This document shows, piece by piece, positions 49,531 to 62,100 of a stretch of DNA of 64,000 nt. The stretch's first letter is position 1. Each line of letters begins with the position of its first letter. The stretch spans positions 52,266,001-52,330,000 of the forward strand of contig OX597817.1 in NCBI GenBank assembly GCA_951406725.2. The letters run 5' to 3'. This stretch comes from Octopus vulgaris. Lineage: Eukaryota. The notes beneath the pieces are model-generated. The model saw nothing but the letters and a program-made list of their open reading frames with translations, searched no databases and was not told where the DNA came from. Made by a program: the position numbers and the translations under genes.

Positions 49531-52500
49531 TATGGGGTTGGTGGCGTGAGTATACTTATCGCTGAGAAATGGGTAGATAAAGTAATTGAGGTAATCAGAG
49601 TATGTGACAGAATACTTAAGATTAGATTAGTGCTTCATCATAGTTTAGCAACCATTATATCAGCCTATGCTCCTCAGTCGGGGCTACCCGATGGACAGAA
49701 AGACCGATTCTATGACACTCTACTGCAGACTACCTCGTTGACGAATGACAGAGACCTTCTCTTTGTGGCTGGTGACTTCAATGGTCACGTTGGACGACAT
49801 GCTGGGGGCTTCCATGGCGTACATGGAGGCTATGGCTATGGCTCCCGCAACGAGCAGGGAACCAGGCTACTGGAGTTCTGCGATGCAAATAATCTGATGA
49901 TTTGCAACACTAACTTCAGGAAACCTACCAGCCACCTAGTCACTTACCGATCGGGCCAACATACCAGACAAATTGACTACATCCTTGCAAGGCAAAGGGA
50001 GAGATGGCTGCTTATAAATGCCAAAGCCTTCCCAGGCGAAGAATGTACCCCACAACATAGACTGGTAGTTAGTGACTTCAGGATCAGGACTAGGAGGACA
50101 ACCAGAAGACGACCAATATGGAGAAGAAGGATCTGGAAAGCTTAAAGATCCTGCAAATGGACAGAGATTTAGGGACATATTACTTGAAGCCTTTGACGAA
50201 GTAGAAGGGGATAGAGCATCACAGGGGGTAGAAGACAACTGGACGTTTCTAAGATACAACCTGCTGAGAGCCACTGACAAGATCTGTGGCTGGTGCAAAG
50301 TCCCCTCTCGACCTAGAATAACGTGGTGATGGAACAATATTGTAGACAGGGCTATTAGAGAAAAGAGACAGGCTTGGAAGGTCTGGAAAAATGGGGGTAG
50401 CAGGGAATTGTATCAGACTGCCAAAAGAGAAGCTAGGAGACAGGTTTATTTAGCCAGAGGGGAAGCAGATAAGAAAAAATTTGCCAATGTTCTGCACCGT
50501 GAGGACCAAAGACTGGAGATGTTTCGCGTTGCAAGACAGTGTGTGAGAGAGAATCGTGATGTGGTAGGAGAGAAGTGTGTTCGCATGGAAGATAGTTCAC
50601 TTGCGCTAAATGAGGATGCAAAGAGAGAGGTTTGGAGACACCACTATGAAAGGTTGCTGAATAAAGAAAATGAATGGGATAAAGAGAGTCTGCCGAATGT
50701 TGACCCAACAGAGGGACCAGCTATCCGAGTTGATAGTTCCGTGGTAGCTAAGGCAATTAGAAGCATGAAGACAGGGAAAACCCCAGGCCCATCAGGAATC
50801 ACTGCAGAGATGCTCAAAATGTCTGGTAGTGTCGGCTATAGCCTAGTCACCCGTATAGTTAATCAGGTGATACACAAAGGAGTCATACCCAATGACTGGT
50901 GTAGCAGCATAATAGTCAACTGCTACAAAGGTAAAGGTGACGCCCTAGATACAAATAACTACAGAGGTATCAAGCTGTTGGATCAGGTGATGAAGGTTAC
51001 GGAGAGGGTCATAGCCCAACTAATTAGAGAGAGAGTTAGTTTAGATGAGATGCAGTTTGGGTTTGTGCTAGGGAAAAGTACCACTGATGCTATATTCCTG
51101 GTAAGGCAGCTGCAGGAGAAATACCTAGCCAAAGATAAGCCCCTGTACTTGGCTTTTGTTGACATGGAGAAAGCCTTCGACAGGGTCCCCCGATCCCTTA
51201 TCTGGTGGTCAATGAGGAAACTAGGGATAGATGAATGGTTAGTGAGAGCTGTGCGGGCCATGTATAGGGATGCTGCTAGTAAGGTGAGGGTTGGCAACGA
51301 GTACAGTGAAGAATTCCGGGTAGAGGTAAGGGTCCACCAAGGCTCAGTCCTCAGCCCCCTCCTATTTATCATAGTCCTCCAGGCAATAACGGAGGAATTC
51401 AAGACAGGATGCCCTTGGGAGCTCCTCTATGCTGATGACCTTGCTCTAATTGCTGAGTCGCTATCAGAACTGGAGGAGAAGTTTCAGGTGTGGAAACAAG
51501 GATAAGAATCGAAGGGCCTCAGAGTCAATCTAGCTAAAACCAAAGTCGTAATCAGTAGGAAGGTAGACAAATCACAAACGCCTTCAGGTAGATGGCCCTG
51601 CTCGATCTGTAGAAAAGGTGTAGGTAGAAACTCTATAAGATGCACCAAGTGTAAGCTATGGACACATAAGAGGTGCAGCAATGTCAAAGGAAAGCTAACT
51701 AGGAAGATGGTTTTTGTATGTGGCAGATGCTCAGGAACAATAAACACTGAAAATGCTCTGAGACCAACTTCCGTCACTTTCCAGGGAGAAAAACTAGAAA
51801 TAGTTGATAGTTTCCATTACCTAGGTGACCAAGTCAGCAGCGGGGGCAGGTGTGCTGAAAGTGTAACTGCTAGAGTAAGAATAGCTTGGGCAAAGTTCAG
51901 AGAGCTCTTACCTCTGCTGGTGACAAAAGGCCTCTCGCACAGAGTAAAAGGCAGACTGTATGATGCGTGTGTACGAACAGCCATGCTACATGGCAGTGAA
52001 ACATGGGCCGTGACTGCTGAGGATATGCGTAAGGTCACAAGAAATGAAGCCAGTATGCTCCGATGGATGTGTAATGTCAGTACTCATACTCGGCAGAGTG
52101 TAAATACCTTGAGAGAAAAGCTGGACCTAAGAAGCATCAGTTGTGGTGTGCAAGAGAGACGTTTGCGCTGGTATGGTCATGTGGCGAGAATGGATGAAGA
52201 TAGTTGTGTGAAAAAGTGCCACACCCTAGCGGTTGAGGGAACATGCGGAAGAGGCAGACCCAGGAAAACCTGGGACGAGGTGGTGAAGCACGACCTTCGA
52301 ACTTTAGGTCTCACTGAGGAAATGACTAGAGACCGAGACCTCTGGAAGTGTGCTGTGCGCGAGAAGACCCGGCAGGACAAGTGAGTCCATAACCCGTGGC
52401 CTTCTACATGGGATGGAGCCAGCCTACGTATGCATACCTTCCCTTCTTGGGACACAAAACTCTACTTGTGAAGACCTGTTGAGGCAAGGAGGATCAGAAT

Positions 52501-52925
52501 CGAAATCGATCAATGGAAATTGCAGATGTGTTACCAGTGCCGGTGGCATGTAAGAGAACCATCCGTTCGCGACCGTTGCCAGCGCCGCCCCGACTGGCCT
52601 CGTGCCTGTGGCACGTAAAAAGCACCATCCGTTCGTGTCCATTGCCAGCCTCGCCTGTCCCCCTTGCCGGTGGCACATAAAAAGCACCATCAGTTCGTGG
52701 CCGTTTGCCAGCTCTGTCTGGCACCTGTGCAGGTGGCACGTAAAAAGCACCCACTACACTCACGAAGTGGTTGGCGTTAGGAAGGGCATCCAGCCGTAGA
52801 AACACTGCCAGATCTGACTGGGCCTGATGAAGCCTTCTGGCTTCACAGACCCCCAGTTGAACCGTCCAACCCATGCTAGCATGGAAAACGGACGCTAAAC
52901 GATGATGATGATGATGATGATGATG
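49531..52925 (+). mobile_element. Near-complete RTE LINE (partial APE, RT, PHD finger, 3' UTR) in intron 2, with 12-bp TSD
   Basis: GDFNGHVG, IDYIL, YRGIKLL, QGSVLSPLLF, LYADDL; ACTAAAAATAAA at 49519-49530 and 52926-52937; frameshift ~50140, stops at 50327 and 51503. Confidence 0.95.
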
Positions 52926-53942
52926 ACTAAAAATAAAATTAGGGTTAGGGTTAGGGGGAAAGAAAGGACATATCGAGCAGAGTTCAGCAATGCCTGTGCA
53001 GAGTTTTAGGTCCAATAAGGCTTATATGACACCTCATAGACCCTTTCCTCTCTATTGACATTATCCAGAGACAAGTCAGAGCGAGATGTCTGGTGCCAAT
53101 ATGAGTCGCAGGCTCAGGGATGTGGGTGTACCATGATCTCTAACACAAACCAAAGACCCTGCAAAATGTCCAATGCCATTCCCTACATATCTGGTTTTAT
53201 ATCAGAGTGACCTTAACCTAGAGACATGCTTCAAGAGAAACTGATGGGTGCCTCACTCTCAGTGGTCTTCTAGCACACTGGACACCATCCCAGTATTTCT
53301 GCATGCCCATGCTATTGCTAGATAGCCATTAAGCCTGCACTAGGTTCATCTGACCTTTGAACAGGTCTTGTTTTTAATCCTGCTGGGTTTCTAGCAACCC
53401 TCCCCACCAGGGTAGCCTGCCAGTTTAGTCGCCAACAACCTGACCACGCAACAGGTTGTACTGGACACCATGTTACCAGTAGCACTTGCAAGAACCTCAT
53501 AAGTGACCTCACACATACGTACGTACATACATATATACATACATACATACATGCATACATGCATACATACATACATACATACATACGCACATACACGTAT
53601 ATATAGAAAGATAGGCAATTTCTCCTCACCCAAGACAGAGATAGGATTCAGTTGCTGCAGGGGTGACTAGCAGCTCCATTTGGAGAGGCCACTGCTCACC
53701 TGGAGGCTAGGAAGTTTCTAGAAAAGGTGAACCAAAAATTTACTATCTTTCTGTATGTATGTATGTACGTATGTATGTAGATGCAGGAGTGGCTGTGTGG
53801 TAAGTAGTTTGCTTACCAACCACAGTGTTCTGGGTTCAATCCCACTGCATGGTACCTTGGGCAAGTGTCTTCTACAGTAGCCTCGGGCCGACCAAAGCCT
53901 TGTGAGTGGATTTGGTAGATGGAAACTGAAAGAAGCCCATCG

Positions 53943-53994
<52 letters not shown>

Positions 53995-54341
53995 TGTGTA
54001 TGTATATGTTTGTGTGTCTGTGTTTGTCCCCCCAACATCACTTGACAACTGATGCTGGTGTGTTTATGTACCCGACACTTAGCGGTTTGGCAAGAAAGAC
54101 CGATAGAATAAGTACTGGGCTTACAAAGAATAAGTCCTGGGGTCGATTTGCTCAACAAAAAAAAAAGAACATACATACATACATACCTTGTTGTTGAAAT
54201 TCCAATGAAGGAGTCTGGAATCTAGGTTAGAAACTGACTCTTTCTCTATTGGCAAGAAATCTTGAAATAAAACTAAACAATGGCATATATATATATTTCT
54301 ATAATTATCTCATTTCTTTTATTTGAATTCAATTTTGTCAG

Positions 54342-54501
54342 GTATGGGAATATATCTGTGCCTGTGAGTGTGCGGAAACAACAATTTCCAGGTCAAGTGA
54401 GAATCGTTCAAATGAAATTCAAGAAATTCCTTCTTGAGTACATGTATGAAGACTGGTATCTTGCAACAACCATTCCACTTCAAATGGCTAGTGAACTAAC
54501 T
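54342..54501 (+). CDS. Secreted JmjC/Cupin_8 protein, exon 3
   Basis: ttttgtcag|...|gtgagc, phase 2-0; YGNISVPVSVRKQQFPGQVRIVQMKFKKFLLEYMYEDWYLATTIPLQMASELT. Confidence 0.92.
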
Positions 54502-54666
54502 GTGAGCTATAGATATGTTTTTTTTCCCCCACTTTTTCTCTCACTCTCTTGTTTGTTGTGTCCCCTTCTTTTTTTTTTCACTCTACTATCTCAATCTATC
54601 GTTCCCTTTTTCATATACATACATAAATACATACATACATATAAGTGAGCAAAAGTGTACGTACGC

Positions 54667-54714
<48 letters not shown>

Positions 54715-54716
<2 letters not shown>

Positions 54717-55000
54717 CAATTAGGACAAGAATGTAAAACATCCAAATAGACGATACAAAAAACACGGACAGGTCATTCGAAGCCGTTAATCTTCAGTCAA
54801 GAACCAGATCATCCTCGCAATTTCGGCTGATTAATCTTGAGATTGCTCCAATCTGGCCAGCTCCAAGGAAAAACTAAGCTAAGAGCATTAGATTCCTCGT
54901 GTAACATCGTTCATTTTTCTGTCCTTGTTTCGTACACATTTGATCCTTTTTCCAAGGAATCTAATGCTCTTAGCTTAGTTTTTCCTTGGAGCTGGGCAGA
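54715..55000. mobile_element. Penelope-type fragment with ~45-bp inverted arms; related copy at 48600-48975
   Basis: ccagctccaaggaaaaactaagctaagagcattagattcct vs aggaatctaatgctcttagcttagtttttccttggagctgg. Confidence 0.55.
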
Positions 55001-55671
55001 TGACTAGTGATTTCAGTAGCACTCACCAGCACCTTGGGTTAAACTCAACTGCCCTTGTCAGCTTATAAGATCACTGTTCCTAACGCCGACCACTATGAGA
55101 GTGGAGTGGGTGCATTTTATGTGCCACCAGCATGGGAGCCTGTCAGGCAGTACTGGCATTGGCCACGTTTGAATGGTGCTTTTTATGTGCCACACTTGGA
55201 ATTTGCATCACCAGTCTGGAACCCCTATCTTGCTCAGGACATTGACCTCCGGGAAACTGTTCAGAGACGTGCAACCAAGTGAATACCCTACCAGCTTCAG
55301 TGTTGCTGCCAGGAATTGAAAAATAGGGCAGATTTTTCTCACTTATTTTGTGATTTAGGGGGGATTTTTGAAAAGCAAAGGGGAATTCACGGCGGTGTTC
55401 ATCAAACAAATTAAACACACTACCTGGCAGTGGCTAAAACGCAAACTGATTGAGTTTGTGTATAAATTTTCTTTTTATGTTTGTTTCCTTTTACACAATG
55501 GCTAAAATTTTTCTGAAGCAGCACCCTCCTCCCACTAATTTTGTCTATGAGCCACCACTGCATTCAAATTACTCTATTAAATGTAATGCTTATTTGTTCA
55601 CATTGTTTTAAATTGATCATGCATTGTCTTATAACCATCAAGATTTCAATGATGTGACAGTTTATCTTTAA

Positions 55672-56145
55672 CCCTTTCGTTTCTGTATTTCTGTTGAGAT
55701 GCTCTGTGTTTCTTTCAATTACTTTAGATATAACAAAGAATTTAGTAAAATAACTTAGTTATCATTAAGCTAGTGTTAGGAACATAAATTGTGACTAAGG
55801 TTTGGTGGAAGATTTTAATTCAAAACTTATGTAAACAAGACATTTGTACTATAGAGCCAGAGCTGGTTTTAGCCAGGTTGGTATCGAAAGGGTTAAGAAT
55901 TTTTTCTCTATTATATATTTTAATCCTTTTCTTACCATATTTCTGTTGAGATGCTCTGTGTTTCTTTCAATTAATTTTAAATATAACAAAGAATTTAGTA
56001 AAATAACTTAATTATCATTAAGCTAGTGTTAGGAACATAAATTGTGACTAAAGTTTGGTGGAAGATTTTAATTCAAAACTTATGGAAACAACACATTTGT
56101 ACTACAGAGCCAGAGGTGGTTTCAGCCGGGTTGGTAACGAAAGGG
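55672..56145. mobile_element. Two tandem piggyBac-like MITEs (55672-55892, 55924-56145) nested in another piggyBac-like MITE
   Basis: TTAA flanks, CCCTTTCG..CGAAAGGG termini, ~221 bp each. Confidence 0.8.
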
Positions 56146-56294
56146 TTAAAATGACATTGTAGGAAAGATGCAAGAGGCTGGATCTGACTGGTTTGAACAT
56201 AAAACTGGTAGAATATATTTGAGCTGGATATGGTCAGTTTGAATGCTAAAGGGTTAATTTCAGATTTATAATAATTTTCATTTAAATATTTTAG

Positions 56295-56486
56295 ATTCCT
56301 CAATGTCTCAGTTGTGGATCTTATTTCCACCGTCTGCTTGAGTCTGAGTTATGGATTAGCAGTGGTTTTGCCAATACCCAACTACACAGTCATTCCGATC
56401 ATATTCTACACTGTTTGCAGTTTGGACGTCGAGATTTTATTCTCATGAAAAAGGAATACAAGAAAAATTTCGAATTTGTGGAAGAG
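56295..56486 (+). CDS. Secreted JmjC/Cupin_8 protein, exon 4 (metal-binding strands)
   Basis: tattttag|...|gtttgt, phase 0-0; IPQCLSCGSYFHRLLESELWISSGFANTQLHSHSDHILHCLQFGRRDFILMKKEYKKNFEFVEE. Confidence 0.92.
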
Positions 56487-57464
56487 GTTTGTGAGGCTGT
56501 TGTCTACATTACTTTCTCTCTTTTTGTCTGTCTCTCCTTGATCTCTCTCTCTTACCCTGCTCTCCCTTCTCTCTCTCTCTCTGCTCTCTCTCTCTCCCTC
56601 TCTTTTATCATTTGACATCCGTGTTCCATATTAGCATGGGATGGAGGTTCCACAGGACCTCACTAGCTGGTTGGGATGGGTAGCTGTGCTGGTTTTCAGG
56701 GTATAGATGGCAACTAGATGCTAGCTGTAGTCATTGGTATTAGGAAGAGCAAAAAATTAAAGAATTTATATATATCTCTATATCTATAAATGGCAAAATG
56801 TCTGTGTATCAGTATTGCTGCCAGGAATTGAAAAATAGGGCAGATCTGTATGTCTGTGTGTCCTTTATACAAATCCACAGTTTTTCACGTAAAAGGCTCG
56901 CATTTTCTATGGGCTTTCAAAACTGTCTGAGGGTGGCCGTGAAGATCTTTTCATTTCCCCAGTCACTCCAGAAAGCCATTAAAAAAATCGATAAACCGAC
57001 CCCTTATGCCCAACAGTTGAATGCGCATGCACATTTGCAGACAGTCTGTATGACTCTGCGCATTTTTGTGTTTTGCGAAGATGCGTTATCATGTGTTTTG
57101 GCTTTCAAATGTGCATGCTTTTTTGATTTGAGAAATGCAGAGAATGATTAACGAGTTAGACCAAGTAAATGACAAGAGAGAGGGATTTTCATGAAAGACC
57201 AAAAATGCTTGGCTAGCACTAGTGGTAGTATATATATATATATATATATATAAATATTGCCAGTACCGCCTGACTGGCCCTTGTGCTAGTGGAATGTAAA
57301 AAGCATCCACTACACTCTCAGAGTGGTTGGTATTAGGAAGGGCATCCAGCTGTAGAAACTTTGCCAGATTGGATTGGAGCCTGGTGCAGCCATCTGGCTT
57401 GCCAGCCCCCAGTCAAACCGTCCAACCCATGCCAACATGGAAAGTGGACGCTAAACAATGATGA

Positions 57465-57499
<35 letters not shown>

Positions 57500-57850
57500 T
57501 ATAATAAGAATAGTTTCAACCAGTGGTCAGCATACTTAAAAAACGTCCAAGGACCATGAATTCTATTTAAATATAAACAATAGGAGAGACCACTATGTGG
57601 ATCCCTTGTATACTAAAAATAGATGTCAAACCATCTTATCACGAAATCTGTGTTCTCAAATAAGCAAAACGCTAGATGTTTACGAGCTAGACAAATGAAA
57701 AGAAATACACATAGATATATAGTGGCCATGTAGTATGTAGCTTACCCCAGCATGGCGTCAGTCCAGTGAGAGAAGCAAGTGAAAGAGTGAAATGATAAAT
57801 AAATAAACTAAAGCAAAGCAAAATCACGAATTTTTGTTTTTATTTTTCAG

Positions 57851-57983
57851 TATCCCACATCAATTTCTGGTCATTCTCCACTGGACATGAACAAAATAAA
57901 CATGTTCAAACATACCAACTTTGCAAAAACCCCATGGGTATATGCTAGTCTCTATGGTGGAGATTGTCTGTATATACCGGCTG
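57851..57983 (+). CDS. Secreted JmjC/Cupin_8 protein, exon 5
   Basis: ttatttttcag|...|gtatgt, phase 0-1; YPTSISGHSPLDMNKINMFKHTNFAKTPWVYASLYGGDCLYIPA. Confidence 0.93.
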
Positions 57984-58216
57984 GTATGTATGTTACATTA
58001 TCTTACAAACATTCATAAAACCCAGGAATGGATTAATCCTTTTTCTGAGTATTGGAATCTCACTTACTACAATCTATATTTTGTTGTGTCTTCAGAGAGT
58101 CATTAAGCCATTTATTATACCACATGCACTGGTTCTTTACTGTTAGTTAATTGGTTTAATATCTAACCAACTAATCAATCATTTGTTTAAGGAATTGGTT
58201 AAACAATCAACCAGTT

Positions 58217-58797
58217 ATTTACATTATTTACATATTTGACATATTTGTCCTCATCTTGTTTCTTGTTAACACAACGTTTCAGCTGATATACCTTCCAGCC
58301 TTCATCAGGTGTCTTGGGGAAATTTCAAACCTTGGTTCTCATTCCTAAGGTATTTTTCGATGTTGTTATTATTATATAATAACCTCCTAAGCAGACCGAG
58401 TGCAGATATGAGCAGCATATGAGAATCGGTATTAAGAAAGGATAGAAAAATATAAGATTTATAAGCCCTGAAATACATTCCATAAATGCCCATTGGCATA
58501 TGGCATAGTGGTTAAGAGTGTGGGCTACTAACCCCAAGATTCAAAGTTTGATTCTGCCGCCGCCACCGCTGATGACAAAGACGACGCTGCCACTGCCAAT
58601 GTCACCGACAACAATGACAAATGCCTTAAGAATGAGAATCCAGGTTTAAAATTTTCCCAAGACACCTGATGAAGGCTAGAGTGTATATAAGCCAAAACGT
58701 TGTGTTAACAACAAATATGATGAGGACAAATATCTGTCAAATGTAAATAATAGAAATTATGTACATAATTCCTCGTCTCTTAAATATAGAACTGTAG
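58217..58797. mobile_element. tRNA-head plus hammerhead element with inverted terminal segment and 12-bp TSD
   Basis: AATCAACCAGTT at 58205-58216 and 58798-58809; 58217-58355 is inverted relative to 58621-58760; tRNA-like 58494-58555. Confidence 0.8.
58269..58312 (-). ncRNA. Minimal hammerhead ribozyme; the plus-strand twin at 58662-58705 has GAAA>AAAA
   Basis: acac-CTGATGA-a-ggctg..cagct-GAAAC-GTT-gtgt with palindromic ACGT stem III. Confidence 0.7.
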
Positions 58798-59229
58798 AAT
58801 CAACCAGTTGTTTGTTAGTCAAAGTTCTTTTGTCCTTGTTCATGACCTTTTTTGGTGACTTCACCTTGTTTCAATATTTATTCCAACAAGATGAATTCAC
58901 ATCAAGAATCTTGCAAACCAAATACAAAAATGAAATATAACCTATATATCTTATTAAATTCTTGTCATTGTTTAGCTCAAAATCAGTCCTGATTGTGAGC
59001 AAAGAATCCAATTACGATTGTTCCATCTTTATCCCCTAGTAGAGGGGAATGGGGGGAGCTGAGAGGCTGTATTCCAGGTGATGCTTTTACGATAGTAGCA
59101 TCTCTAGGTCTGCTGTATAAGTCTGTAGAACAGCACCTCCTCATCCAAGGTGAAAGTTTTGCGGATTTTTTAGGAGAGACATGTATTAATTTCAAAGAAG
59201 TACAAAACTCTAATCTCCTTCAATGTTGG

Positions 59230-59830
59230 ATCCTCTGGCTTCAATATACTTGTCATAGCATTCCAGTCACTTTATGAAGGTCCCTGAAAGTCCTCCAAGC
59301 TGCAAGTTTGTCACAGCCTTCATCATCTTCTTCAACCTGGGAAACAATGTGAAAGTCACAGGGAGCCAGGTATGGACTGTAGGGAGAGTAGGAGACTGTA
59401 TTGATACCTATCTGCATCAAGTAGTTGATTACCAGAATGGAATTGTGCACTTGTTGTACATTATCCTGGTACTCTGGCCTTTTGCAACAAAACTTCTTCC
59501 TGAACTCCCTCAAAACCTCTACAAAGTACTCTTTGTTGACCATCTGGTCAGAGGAAAGCCAGTAGATGTAGATAAAATCCCTTGCTGTTGGAAAAGGGGA
59601 TCAGCATGGACTTCCGGTTGGACTTGCTCTGTCTGATCTCTTGTGTCAGCAAAAAACAGATCCATAAGTAGTCTGAAGCATTTTATAAGTTTCTGTTACA
59701 TTTTCACCCAATTTAACACAAGACTTTATTGCATAACAAGCTTCCAAATTTACATTCTGACTGCATTCTACAAACAAGTCAGATGTGAAAAACTGTGTTT
59801 AGTAAGGTGTGTTCAAAGTACAGTTACAGC
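59230..59830 (-). pseudogene. Decayed, internally deleted mariner transposase
   Basis: VNKEYFVEVLREFRKKF..QDNV..HNS..YSPYSPYLAPCDF. Confidence 0.75.
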
Positions 59831-61218
59831 TGCCTCCTTCAATCTGGAATAACAAAAGTTATTAGATGTATAAAATAAAATAAATGCGCCCTTTTAAAGC
59901 CTAGCCAGGCTAATGGGCCTAGTTTCCCAGTTTCTATGGTGTATGTGTTCCCCAGCTGCACGGGATGCCAGTCCATCGCAGCATTACTCACTTTTGCCTG
60001 CTGAGTGGACTGGAGCAACGTGAAATGAAGTGATTTGCTCAAGAACACAACGCGTCACCTAGTCCAGGAATCGAAACCACAATCTTACGATCATGATGCC
60101 AACACCCTAACCACTAAGCCACGCGCCTCCACTTATTAGACGTATATATGACATATATATTATTAGACATATATATGGTATATGATTAGCCCACATTACT
60201 CCATGAGGAGCAGAGAGCCAGTTTCTTGGTTTCTCTGATTTATATATTTCCTCATGGGTAAGCACCAGTCCATTGCAGCATTTACCCCTTTTTGCCAGCT
60301 GAGTGGACTGAAGCAATGTGATAAAAAGGGTTTTTCTCAAGAACACAACACATTGCCTGGTCTCAGAACTGAAACCACAATCTTGCGATCATGAGTCTAA
60401 TACTCCTAACCACCAGGCCATGTGCCTCCACATGTGTAGTAATAATATACTAGAAACACAATCGGAATTGAAATCGAAATCAAATTCGATGACTGACATC
60501 CGTGCTAGTGGAGCGCTAAGAGTACCATACAAGTGAGATTGTTGCCAGAGCAACAAGCTGGCCTCTGTGCTGATCGCACATAAAAACACCATTCAAGCGT
60601 GATCGTTACCTGCGTCACCTTACTATCACTTGTGCTGGTGGCACGTGTAAAAAACATTCGAGCGAGGTCGTTGCCAGTGCCACTGGACTGGCTCCTGTGC
60701 AGGTGGCACATAAAAAGCACCATTTGAGTGTGGCCGTTGCCAGTACCGCCAGACTGGCCCTCGTGCCAGTAGCATGTAAAAACACCCACTACACGTGTGG
60801 TTGGTATTAGAAAGGGCATCCAGCTGTAGAAACTCTGCCAGATCAGATTGGAGCCTGGTGCGGCCGTCTGGTTCGCCAGACCTCAGTCAAATTGTCCAAC
60901 CCATGCTAGCATGGAAAGCGGGCATTAAACGATGATAATGATGATGATGATGATGATATATATATATATTGCCAGTACTGCCTGACTGGTCCTTGTGCTG
61001 GTGGAACATAAAAAGCACACACTATACTCTCAGAGTGGTTGGTATTAGGAAGGGCATCTAGCTGTAGAAACTTTGATGATGATGATGATGACAATAACCT
61101 AGAACCGTTATAACTGTCTCCCCTAAAAAAGTCACAAAACCCCTGGAATGTATCTCATAATCTTCTGTTTTACCATTTTGTGTCATTGGATGTATTATTA
61201 TTTTATTCTCTTCCACAG

Positions 61219-61382
61219 AATACTTGCATCAGGTGAGATCTTACGGAAGAGCCATTTCCTATACAATCCACTTTTCGCCCTCTACTCAGTTTGATCTGAG
61301 GGGCTGCTTTGGAGATGAAGTCCAAAAAACATTTAAACTTACAGATGCCAATTTCTTATGGACATTCACTGGAGGGCATAAG
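61219..61382 (+). CDS. Secreted JmjC/Cupin_8 protein, exon 6 (distal His)
   Basis: ttctcttccacag|...AAG|gtaaat, phase 1-0; EYLHQVRSYGRAISYTIHFSPSTQFDLRGCFGDEVQKTFKLTDANFLWTFTGGHK completes GDxLYIPxxxxHQVRS. Confidence 0.93.
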
Positions 61383-61535
61383 GTAAATTCTTTGAGCTTT
61401 AATCATTAATCTTTAACTTGCTTCAGTCATTGAACTGCAGCCATGCTGGAGCACCACCTTTGAAGGGTTTTTAGTTGAAGAAATCAACCCCAGTACTTGT
61501 ATTTTAAAAATCTGATATTTATTCTATCAATTTCT

Positions 61536-62100
61536 GTGATGTTAGTAGTGCTATAGGGTGTGATGGAGCTATGTGGTGTTGGTGGAGGGGATTGCAGATG
61601 AGGTGGATGGAAGTAAGGTTTGCAGGGGCTGGTGAGACAGGCAGAGGGCATGCATGGGCAGGAAGCTCATGGGGCAGTTTGAACAGAGATGGCAGAGAGA
61701 CAAGACATGTTTAATTTGTGAGAGTGACCACTGATTCCACTGAGGTCAATAGGTAAGGCCTTTTGTATTTCTTTCTCTCATTTACTTCATTTTCTGTTGT
61801 CCTTTTTTTCCATCACACTACAAGCTATTTTGGCCCCTAAAAAAAAGAAGCAAACGGGAGAAAGAAATACAAAAGGCCTTACCTGTTGACCTCAGCGAAA
61901 TCAGCGGTCACTCTCACAAATTAAACATGTCTTGTCTCTCTGCCATCTCTGCTCGAACTGCCCCCACGTGCTTCCTGCCCACGCATGCCCTCTGCCTGTC
62001 TCACCATCCCCTGCAAGCCTTACTTCCGTCCACCTCATCTGCAATCCCCTCCACCAACACCACATAGCTCCATCGCAGCCCATAGCACTACAAACACCAC
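61536..62100. repeat. Long foldback element (~240-bp arms, ~80-bp spacer) inserted in a family-A SINE
   Basis: 61536-61777 is the reverse complement of 61858-62100; AATTTCT duplicated at the flanks. Confidence 0.85.

Noticed and set aside
49531-52925. Active autonomous LINE
   Set aside because: 5'-truncated within the endonuclease, with one frameshift and two stops.
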